A stretch of 63,435 nt of DNA, the filler included, from Intoshia linei (lineage: Eukaryota; Animalia; Orthonectida), in assembly GCA_001642005.1 (NCBI GenBank). It is 9 parts of 9 records of this genome, joined end to end, with 100 filler letters (N's around TTAATTAATTAA, not from the genome) between each part and the next. Parts side by side here need not be neighbours in the genome. Positions count along the whole stretch, not along the records: positions 50,983 to 60,641 come from LWCA01001343.1; positions 60,742 to 61,787 come from LWCA01002832.1; positions 61,888 to 63,435 come from LWCA01002623.1; 6 more parts are not named here. One strand, written 5' to 3'. How positions within the stretch are numbered: position 1 is the stretch's first letter; each line of letters begins with the position of its first letter. The translations under genes were made by a program, and so were the position numbers. This document shows, in pieces, positions 53,542 through 63,435 of this stretch. The notes below the pieces were generated by a model, which saw only the letters and a program-made list of their open reading frames with translations, had not been told where the DNA came from and made no database searches.

Positions 53542-56500
53542 TCAATCTTCAGCATTAATACCAATATGTTCAGTTTCGTTTTCATTTATATTGTTGCTCC
53601 AACAAATTTTAAAAGTACACAGTGTAATGTTAAAATATTTCCAAATGTATATTGCAAGAATAATACAGGTCTGAATAAATGTTAAAAATTAATTTGAGCA
53701 AAAAGTAAATTACCACAACTAACACTGAATAAGCATTAATACTGAACTTGTACTAAAACTAAAAAAATCTGTCAATATCCCTCCTAGTAATGGCCCCGCA
53801 AACGATCTAAATTGTAATATTAGAGTGTTGCATCGGTTATAAAATTGTACCCTAGGCTAATTACTAAACTCACATATCCTGACGCAATGCCATAATTGTG
53901 CAATGTATGGGTTGTTGATGACTTTAGATGAATTATTAGTTTAGAATACATTTTTTACTGTAAATTTTCTCAGGGTTCATTTACTGAAAAATGAAAAAAA
54001 ATAGTAAATAATCTTTACTTTAATTTCAATTTGATTAAATTAATAGCTATTAGTGAACCAGCCAATCCAATACCCTGCAAAGCCATAGAAATGCATATTA
54101 AATTTAGAAAACTAAATTTAAATAACAATCAGAGTGTAGATTAAAGATACCATAATAAATTAATACAACAATATACCTAGTTATTCTAAAATAATTGGGT
54201 GGAGAGCAAAAAAATATACTAGTTGCAGTAATAAACATTCTAGTAAAAACAAATGGTAATATTGCTTGAGACTAAAAATATAAAAATATTAAAATTCTAT
54301 GCTTTCGATTCATAAAATATATTTGTAATATAATAAATTATAATAAATTTGTAGTTTGTAAGATATAAAACTATCGACTTTCCATAGTAAAACAAAATTT
54401 GTCAATAAACCAATCGGCAACATGCTACCACCCATTATGAAAAAGGTTGTTTGAAATCCATTAATCTAAATTTTAGAATAATAAAAATAAACATTAGGGT
54501 GACACTGGCCAATCCTTTTAATTTTGCATTTTAATTGTGACAAAGTGCAAAATGTAGATTCTTACATTCCTTATTCCTTACTTATATATAATATGCTTTG
54601 TTTGTCTGTGTGTTATTATTATAAATGTCAGTATAAATAATTTATTGTCAGTATTTAAATATACTGTCTGTATATCCTTGACTATACAGTAAATACTGAC
54701 AAATATGTAATTAAATACTGACAAAATAATTATATTACTGACATTTAAATATTTATACTGACAATTTTTTATTGAAATACTGACAGTTTCGGTAATTAAA
54801 TACTGACAAATAAAATACTCCCCTTTTAAAATCATAATTATTATCATAAATTTAAATTTAAACAAATTATATCTTCAGTGCCAAAACTACAAATTACCCT
54901 TGTTTTTTTATGAAAACAGACCTAGAATTTAAAAAAATTACATATGATACAGTTGTTCCTGTTAACACACATAAAAAATGTCAATCTGAATGTCACGATC
55001 AAAAAAGCATTTTAGTATTCATATTTTTTTTTCCAAAATATTTTATTAAAACAAAAAATCTGAAATAGTTAACGCCTCGAAAATTAAAAAAAAAAGATTA
55101 TTCTGCTAGAGCTTATTCCAGTTGATATAAACACAAAATTTCAACCCTGAAATCTACGCATTCCCGGTGAAAAATAATTTTTAATATATTATCAACATAA
55201 ATTTTTTGAAATATTTCGATTAAAATAAAAATTGAAAATGTAAATATTGATCTTACAATTTTAAAAAAAATATGAATTAAACGTCTACGCCAGTGGTTCC
55301 CAAACTTTTTCTACCATGGACCACTTGTCACAAAAAAAAATGTGTGGACAACATAATTTTTTTGAAAAATCCCCTTAATCCTGAATACGTCATTAAGGTA
55401 ACATTTTCATTTTTTTATTATATATTCCTATTTAAATCGAAAATTTTACATTAATTTTGACAAGGTAGCTTCAATAGCGTAATTAAAAAAATGCTTCATT
55501 TCAAACATACTTATTGCGATTACCAGTGCTGTATGCCAGATCCCTCGGTAGAAGGATCTCGATGAATTTTTAAAATGAAGGCTTGAACTAATTAAATTGA
55601 GCATTAAAATAATTCTTGAATATCAACTAATTTGAGTGTTAAATTTAAAATGTCAACTGAAGTGTCTTAGAAAACTGGATTACAAAATTTTTTAATGGCT
55701 TTTTTCATTTTTGAAGTGGCGACGGGCTTGATAGGTTTGATTCTGGAAACTACAATCGAACTAAGTTAAATCGTTACATAGATTAAATTTTACGCATGCG
55801 AAAATTATTCACGTTATTCAGTAAATTTTTACTTCATTTTGATTAACTGATGTTTACGTTCACCAATAATTATAATGATAATAATAAATAATCGATAAAA
55901 ATTCTAATTTATTATTATTAAAAAAAAAGGTTATCTTCATGTTATTTAAAATTTTTCTTGTGGACCACCTATAATTTCCTGTGGACCACTTTTGGAACCA
56001 CTGGTCTACACATTTACAATAAAGAAATATGGGTGAAAATCTATATAATTTATTCTTTTGGAATTTTTTTCATTGCTACGCAATTTTTAAATTTCAAATT
56101 AATAAACTTAAACTACAACAACGAAACTAAAAGTAATATAACTTTGTTATTATCATTTTCATATTTATTACCATCTTTTGCAATATTGGTGAAATTCAGC
56201 CTGGAATATGTTTATAAAGTGAAAATTCCGTTAATTATTGATGCAAAATTAATATTTTTTAATCATTGAAAGAAGATACTGAATATACAGGTTTATGTAC
56301 ACTGTACAATTAATAAATAATAAATGCCCGGGTGAGAAATTTCAATAAAATAATTATTTATCATTAAAATGCATATAAAAAATAAAATTACATGATGCAA
56401 GAAACCACCAATAGGACACCCAACCATTAAACCGATAGCACTAAAAGCTTCCCAGAGTGCCTAAGTTTAAGGATTATTAAAATATTTTATAAATAAAAAA

Positions 56501-57680
56501 CAATCGTAGTTCCAAAATGATTTAAGTATAATAATGTATTGATTAATAGCATAGCAATTATGCATGCTGTAGAAAAGAATCCATCGCAGATTCTTAAAAA
56601 TATACAAAATGTTGAAAACAGTGTGGCATCATTTATTTCAGATAACAAACTAAAGTAATTTATTTATCAGTAATAAATAGATGCAGGACTGTGGAGAAAT
56701 GAGTTATGGTCATATTACGGGCCAACTATTTTAAATAAATAGCTGATTTTAGAAAAATGTTTCGTATCGTGAAATTGCGTAAAACTGTAAAAAAGGTTAG
56801 TAAACACTAGATAAAAATCAATAGAACCAATTTTTTTTATCTGTATATCAGGGTCTATAATTTTCATCTGTTCCGGAGGAATGTTGAATCTCGCAATCCT
56901 GAATACATGTAAAGTTAAATGATGAGTTAATAAAGTCATTTCAATTTTTTTATGAGTATAAATAATAACATCAGTAGTTTGTCGATTCTGCAATTCATAC
57001 AAATATTATCTTGCTTCGCATAGGTGAGATGCTCACAGATATATTTAAATAAAATAATAATTCCAAAATAAAAATTATAATTATAACAAAATTTCATTTT
57101 ACAAACCGCTTAGTGAAAAACTTTAGTAAAGATTACAAAAAACTCCATCTTGTCACCCGTAAATTTAAAAAGACACGTTTCTGATTTTATTTTGAAAAAT
57201 AATTAGTATCTGTCCCTCTTTAAATTAACTATGTAATTACTGTTGTTACGCTTTATTGAAATAACTATCAGTCTTAGAATTTTTTAAAGACCACATTTCA
57301 ATTACAGTTTTTTCCGGGACGTATAATAAGATAAATTTCAATCCTCCAATTTTACATCTTACAGGTCTAAAACCCTGGTATACTATACTGATCAATCAGC
57401 ACGGTATACATTTTATAATGAATTTTATTTATATATTACCTCAATTAAATAAAAAGGTATAAGTAATGAATATGTACTGTAAATAAAAAATTCAGTTAAA
57501 CAAAAAATGGCAAGAATAAAATGAAGTTGTAAAATAAAAAAATGGAAAAATAGATTTTTTTGAATAAGTGAATAAACTAATTGAATCGGAATCAATGCAG
57601 TTGTAGGAATGTTCATTAGATATTGTAGTGTTACATTGACTAAGAGAATCACCACTAATCAAATCATAATCGTTTTCCAT
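53542..57680 (-). CDS. SLC18B1: SLC18B1-like MFS transporter with apparent frameshifts (possible pseudogene)
   Basis: YSTYSLLIPFYLIE, FCIFLRICDGFFSTAC, ALWEAFSAIGLMVGCPIGGFLH, NGFQTTFFIMG and YGIASGYVSLVISLG|SFAGPLLGGILTD. Confidence 0.75.
54620..54815. repeat. Degenerate array of AAATACTGACA motifs in both orientations
   Basis: About six TACTGAC copies on the plus strand, preceded by GTCAGTA copies. Confidence 0.8.
55291..56003. mobile_element. hAT (Charlie-like) derivative nested in a Helitron-like copy
   Basis: TIR CAGTGGTTCCCAAA/TTTGGAACCACTG and TSD GTCTACGC/GTCTACAC. The interior resembles 16370..16540. Confidence 0.85.
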
Positions 57681-57908
57681 AAGTAAATAAATGTGGTAAA
57701 TATTATTGTTAATGCATACGGTTTATTCTAAGCTAAGTTGAATAAATACAAAATAGTGATTGTAAATTGCATTGTAACGATTAGTTAAGTTAGATAACTG
57801 CAATGATGAAAATTAAAGTTTAGATTCAAAGCTGTTCAATAATGAAAATAAAGTTTTCGTCAAAAATATTTCTAGTTTACAAAAATTTGTAATTGAAATT
57901 TCAATAAA

Positions 57909-58016
57909 ATGGATTCTACACCTTTGCAATTGACGCTGAAATTGTACGAAGAGATAAAAACCAGTTGGAAATCAAAAAATTACGCAGCTTGTAAGGTCTC
58001 ACTTGAAAAAGCTAAG
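57909..58016 (+). CDS. PSMD8: First coding exon of 26S proteasome subunit Rpn12
   Basis: MDSTPLQLTLKLYEEIKTSWKSKNYAACKVSLEKAK|gt resembles the PSMD8 N-terminus (MYEQLKGEWNRK...KCGEELGRLK). No downstream exons seen. Confidence 0.6.
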
Positions 58017-58229
58017 GTATATGAAATTTTATTTCTCTATGAATTTTTATTTATTAGTTAAAATTTATTCATTTCAATAATCCTTACTTATATAAAATGC
58101 GGGCCTTTTGTAGAATAAGCCATAGAGGTGGCACAAAACTCAATGAGTTTTGTGTAGAGCATACTCATTGCGCAAAAAAGTGCACAATCGGTAGTTTGTG
58201 TTGAGTATTGTGCAAAAAATTTTTAATAA

Positions 58230-59743
58230 TAATTAATCTAAATAAGTCTCAAGAAGAGACAAAAATCAAAAATTCCGTTAATGATAAAGAAGAAAACAAA
58301 TCCATTGATCTTTCAGAACTTCATAAAGAATTTAAAAATAAAACAAAGGATGAAAGAAATGAACTTATGAAAATGGCCTTTAAAAATATTAAAACCGGTC
58401 AAGAGGTAAAAACTGTATGCCTATTGAGCCCTATATGCCTGTATAATGTTATCCTCTGTATTTTCTTGGTCGGCAATTTCAAAGAAAGTTTGTTCTGTAT
58501 TTTCTTGGTTGGCAATTTTAAAAACAGTTTGTTCTGTATTTATAATTTTTTTCCATGAAGAAATCAATAACTCAGGAGAAATTTCGCACCATGCTTCATG
58601 TGTTAAACATATGGCATCTTTCAAATTTGTATATTTATTTGTGGATAATTCATCAATATATTTTTTTTTATATTACATATCACGTTCTGATCCATTGGTT
58701 GGATAATACCTGTAGTATTAGGAGTATTAATTTCGCCATTTTGTAATTGAGGATGACATGTGGCATTATCCAATATTAGGACTGCTTTTCTTTTAATATT
58801 TTTATCCATACAGTATTTTTCAACTTCTTTTACGAAAATATTATAAAACTATTCTATAAATAAATCTTTCGTCATCCAGCTTGAAGAATTTGAAGGATAA
58901 TAAACAAGTACATTTGTTCCTTTAAAGCATCTTGGTTTTTTAGAACGGCTAATTACACATAGTTTCATTTTACAATCACCACTGGCATTTGCGCATGGCA
59001 TAAACGTGAAACGCTCTTTAGACTTTTTATACCCAGTTGCTATTTTTTCATTTGCCGATACCATCGTTCGATTTGGTAATGTCTTCCAACAGTTTCCGCT
59101 TTCATCAGCATTAAATAATTGGCAAAGAAGTTCATTATCAAATTCTACTTTTAATTTTTCTTTAAATTCATTTATTAATGAAGTATCGGCTGAGAGTTTT
59201 TCTCCCGTTATTTTCAGTAATCTCAAATTAAATCTCTTTTTGAAGTTATTTAACCAGCCATTACTAGCTTTAAAATTTCTTATATTTAAATTGTTTGCAA
59301 TACGTAATGCATTCGCCTGTAAACCAGTGGAAGTAATAGTTTTGTTCGTTAATCTCTTATATTCAAACCATTTTATCAATTTTGCTCCATTACATGGTGT
59401 TCTCTATTTTTTAGTGATTTTATTTTATTAATATTCACAGATAATTGATTCTTGTTATCTCTATTTCTATAAATATTGTATACTGATTATCGATAAGTTC
59501 CGTATTTCAATGAAATATTTATTACTGATGTTCTTTCATTCATCTCTTTGATAATTTTTAATTTGTATTTAATTAAAAGGCAATTACGTGGCATGATATT
59601 TTACAATAAAATAAGTTTATTTATAATCAAAACATTCATTTTTTTACATAATCAAAATTATCTATAATCATATTATTCATAATCAAATTAGTTATAATTA
59701 AGTTTATTGGTAATCAAAATTATTTATAATCGAGACATTACTG
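58230..59743 (-). mobile_element. pogo/Tigger element with a disrupted transposase (CENP-B HTH + DDE_1)
   Basis: TA-CAGTAATGTCTCGATTAT 5' terminus. FKASNGWLNNFKKR, FNADESG, KERFTFMPCANASG, LILDNATCHP and NTTGIIQPMDQ with stops and frameshifts. Confidence 0.93.
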
Positions 59744-59769
59744 TATATAAGTTGTGCAAATTTTCTTTC

Positions 59770-60641
59770 ATTTTTTTGAAATTTTTGAGACTTGAAATAA
59801 TTTCTTTTCTTCTTTTTTAATCTCTTTACAGGTAACCAGCTCTACTTGCTCTTTTGGTATCTCTCCTCGTGCACCTTTATGTCTATCTAATCCATCTTCA
59901 TCTAAGTCTAATGTCTTACTTTAAGTAATAGTTATTTTATTAGCTCGATTGTCCCAATTAACAGAATTTGCAACTTTTGTATAAACCTCCAATTGGTTAT
60001 ATGTTATAGTACTCTCCTGCTTATAGAAACATTCATCAGCTGTCGTTAAATGTATATTCCCTAGGTTAGGTATATATGAGTTTACCCTCAATCCTTCATT
60101 TATAAACATAACATCACATATTTTAGAAACATTTCTATAAGGAGTGACAATTTCTTGCATCACTGTTTGAGTAGCGCGAAGTAATGTATCTATATGCCAA
60201 CAATCTAACTCCGTCATTTTGTAATTCTACATTTTAAGGGTAATTCTCTCCATGTATTCTATATCACTACTAGCTACCACTTCAAGCTTTATCTATTATC
60301 CGTGGTACTGGTCTATTCCTCATATAATTCAGAGTCACCATCATAGAAGATGATGAAACTAGATTTTCTCTTAGCATCGGAATTAGCTCGCGTTTCGTAA
60401 TATAGATTCCGTGACAATTTAATACCAAACATCTCCCAGTAAAACCCCCAGGTTGAAGATGTAGTCGACCATCCCTTACCTACTGAAAGCTATCCTTCAC
60501 CATTAATTGTGTATTTGCCAATCTGCTTACTAATTCTACATTTCTCAGTTACACTATATATATCTTGACAAAAACTTTCGTAAAAAACGACGAGAAGGTA
60601 GAATTCATTATATTGGCATTTTGGATGTGGTTTGTTATTGG
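59770..60641 (-). pseudogene. Degraded intronless ORF, possibly a viral/env-like class III fusion glycoprotein fragment
   Basis: About 290 codons with several in-frame stops and a frameshift. Contains LDCWHIDTLL...KICDVMFINEGLRV...ECFYKQESTITYNQLEVY. Confidence 0.4.
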
Positions 60642-60775
60642 NNNNNNNNNNNNNNNNNNNNNNNNNNNNNNNNNNNNNNNNNNNNTTAATTAATTAANNN
60701 NNNNNNNNNNNNNNNNNNNNNNNNNNNNNNNNNNNNNNNNNCATTTACTTTAAAACGGTTTGAATTTTTGCCAAT

Positions 60776-61495
60776 ATGAAAATAATATGGGTATTCGCAA
60801 TTTTGATTTATGTAAACGCCCGTCAAATTGAAAATCCTTTGAAAGAAGTAACATTTAAAAATGTAAAAGAAAAATCTATAATACATAAATTTAATAATGT
60901 ATTTGTCGTGAAGAATGATAATTCGATAATGATATGGGAATATCTGAAAAACAAATTTGAAATGATTGGATCATATCATAACATATCACAAATTTTATGG
61001 ACATTTAATGCGTATCTTGGTTATGTAAGTGATGGTACTGAGTATAAATTAATATTTATATCATCTGAAACTAAAAGTTCTGAAACAAAAAAAGTTTGTG
61101 TGATGCCTACTAAACACATTGTATTTGGTAAAACATTCGATCTTTATGATAATATAATAAGAGATATTGATAGAAACACTATTTTTGCATTAAACATCAA
61201 AAACATAATTCGTACATTTACTTTTAAAGTTAATCAAGTAATAGAAATTGATGGCACTAACAAAATATATATTGAATCTTTAATTAATTTATATTTGTAT
61301 GATGCAACATTAAATGAAATACAAATATTTATACTAAATATTTCAACATATTTTAATATTAAACATGATTCTAATTTTTTGGTTATAACATTGTCGGATA
61401 ATACGAAAATTTTCGTATCGCAACATAGGCAAATTATAAACACAAAAACGAACGAAAATCTACAATTGTTTCATTTATTTTTTAAATATTATTAA
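60776..61495 (+). CDS. Hypothetical secreted beta-rich protein
   Basis: 239-aa uninterrupted ORF in very AT-rich DNA with signal peptide MKIIWVFAILIYVNA. Confidence 0.6.
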   Translation: MKIIWVFAILIYVNARQIENPLKEVTFKNVKEKSIIHKFNNVFVVKNDNSIMIWEYLKNKFEMIGSYHNISQILWTFNAYLGYVSDGTEYKLIFISSETKSSETKKVCVMPTKHIVFGKTFDLYDNIIRDIDRNTIFALNIKNIIRTFTFKVNQVIEIDGTNKIYIESLINLYLYDATLNEIQIFILNISTYFNIKHDSNFLVITLSDNTKIFVSQHRQIINTKTNENLQLFHLFFKYY

Positions 61496-61927
61496 CAATG
61501 TTATTCTATTGCTAAAAATGTGTAAAATAATATTGATTCACTAATAATTCTAATTATTGTCCAATATCACGAATATACCGTATGAAATACCAGATCAATT
61601 TTAAAATTAACAAATTCTATTTAAAATATATATTATTTATAAGATTTCTGTTTTCCAAATTATTATTAGTAATATAATTAACATTACATTTGTGTTTACA
61701 CTACATATGTAAATGAAATTACTTAGCAATACCACTAGAAAATTTTGCGGCACACCATTTGAGAAACACTGGTTAATTGTTTCGTGANNNNNNNNNNNNN
61801 NNNNNNNNNNNNNNNNNNNNNNNNNNNNNNNTTAATTAATTAANNNNNNNNNNNNNNNNNNNNNNNNNNNNNNNNNNNNNNNNNNNNGTGATGTTTCATT
61901 CGATCCATGTAATTACGATTGTGGAAA

Positions 61928-62227
61928 TTAATGGTTTTTTTCAATGTCTTCATCCCAGTTTTCAAAATTTTTTGTACACCTGGTTCTTAGTTTTTTGCGA
62001 AAGGTTCTGTTCAGCCGTTCTACAGTACCGATTTCCTGGTGGTAATAAGCTTTATTTTGAGTAAATGTACTTGATACTTTAAAATGTTTGCATAGTAGTT
62101 TAGTTAATGCCGCTTCGAATTGGTTACCCTGGTCTTTTTGTATTTGTTTTGGCGAAGCGAATTTTACGATAATATTTTTATATATAGCTCTTGACACAGA
62201 TTCAGCGGTTATATTTGTTAGTAACAC
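61928..62227 (-). pseudogene. Gypsy-like integrase (rve) fragment
   Basis: KFASPKQIQKDQGNQFEAALTKLLCKHF...AYYHQEIGTVERLNRT...NWDEDI. Confidence 0.88.
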
Positions 62228-62363
62228 AAATTCTGGTCAACCCGTATAATCCGCCGATCCACCATGTTAATAATTAATGTTATCGTTAATTATTATTCAA
62301 TTTTTTTAATTTATTAGACAAATTTGAGATTGACAAAAAGATTGCACTATATTTTTTGTTTAG

Positions 62364-63348
62364 TTAAAAATTGTAAAGTTTATAAAGATCATAATCAAAT
62401 GGTATGTGTTAAATGTAATGAGGGATATTTAAAGAATGTTAAAGGTGATGAATGTAATGGTAACAATTCTTATATTTTATTTATTAACAGAATGATGGAA
62501 AAGCAAATAGATTATTTAATTAACATAATACTTTTAAATATCTTAAAAAGTTAANATTAAATTATATTTTTTTTTAGTTGATCATTGTGTAAAGTATGAA
62601 TATTCTAAAGTTGAATGTGATACATGTACAAAGGGGTTTATACCAAAAAAAGAAAAAGATGAATTTATAGGTAACTATTCTTATATTTTAACTATTTAAC
62701 AGGGTGATGGAAAAGCAAATAGATTATTTAATTAACATAATACTTTTAAATATCTTAAAAAGTTAACTTTAATATAATAAGATTATATTTAAAATAGGTG
62801 ACTGTTATGTACTATGTANNNNNNNNNNNNNNNNNNNNNTTCAATAATTTTAAATATAAACTTTAATATAATAAGATTATATTTAAAATAGGTGACTGTT
62901 ATGTACTATGTACAAACAGTATTTAGTTCTGTTTAAAGTACATTTTTATTCTACCAAAAAAATAAATTTAATTAACAAAACACTTTTGAANCAATTTGAA
63001 GTTTATATTTTGTAATTAGAAAATTTTTATAAAGTTACATAATTTTTTTTTATAATGAGATAAATAATGCATAATATTGAAGACAAAAATCTCATTTATT
63101 GTAAGCTAAAATTAAAAAAACAGTTGTTTTGATATGTATAAATTCATTATTAACAAAATATAGAATTCGTTATAAAAAATGTTTTGATAGCCCAAAAAGT
63201 TACATTTATTATATAAATTATGTAGGTAAATTACACTATATTTTTTATTTAGTTAAAAATTGTGAAGTTTATAAATATCATAATCAAACGGTATGTGTTA
63301 AATGTAATAAGGGATATTTAAAGAATGTTAAAGGTGATGAATGTAATG
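62364..63348 (+). CDS. Tandem CxxC-repeat exons (62364..62459, 62578..62670, 63253..63348) of a cysteine-rich extracellular protein, partial
   Basis: KNCKVYKDHNQMVCVKCNEGYLKNVKGDECN / DHCVKYEYSKVECDTCTKGFIPKKEKDEFI / KNCEVYKYHNQTVCVKCNKGYLKNVKGDECN. Each is AG..GT bounded, 96/93/96 nt. Confidence 0.75.
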
Positions 63349-63435
63349 GTAACAATTCTTATATTTTATTTATTAACAGAATGATGGAAAAGCAAATAGA
63401 TTATTTAATTAACATAATACTTTTAAATATCTTAA

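Noticed and set aside
58421-59431. Plus-strand ORFs such as 59006..59431 and 58446..58706 as genes
   Set aside because: They are antisense shadows of the Tigger transposase. The same applies to 149..415, 4198..4395, 11223..11510, 17004..17273 and 20656..20946 opposite real coding sequence.
62364-63435. CRISPR-like repeat-spacer array
   Set aside because: The context is eukaryotic, the units are spliced exons with long duplicated introns, and there are no cas genes.

Overview
AT-rich eukaryotic (metazoan) draft scaffold with many very short GT-AG introns (about 30-60 nt). Eight 100-bp assembly spacers (N44-TTAATTAATTAA-N44) interrupt it. This compact style suggests a reduced parasitic invertebrate such as an orthonectid (inference only). 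Spliced genes recognised by hand translation: COA7 (+), a convergent Ctr/SLC31 copper transporter (-), cyclophilin PPIL3 (-), casein kinase I gamma (-), a ZP-domain (cuticlin-like) membrane protein (+), an FAAH-like amidase (-), partial mitochondrial Asn-tRNA ligase NARS2 (-), a frameshifted SLC18B1-like MFS transporter (-), the first exon of proteasome subunit PSMD8/Rpn12 (+), and several orphans. Introns and intergenic DNA are full of transposon remains: Tc1, pogo/Tigger, many hAT derivatives with 8-bp TSDs, piggyBac MITEs, a Helitron-like family and LTR-retroelement pieces, often nested. The two most interesting stretches are a tandem array of symmetric phase-1 CxxC exons at the right edge (possible modular surface protein) and a degraded intronless ORF resembling a class III viral fusion glycoprotein. 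Exon boundaries were read by eye and are approximate unless stated.
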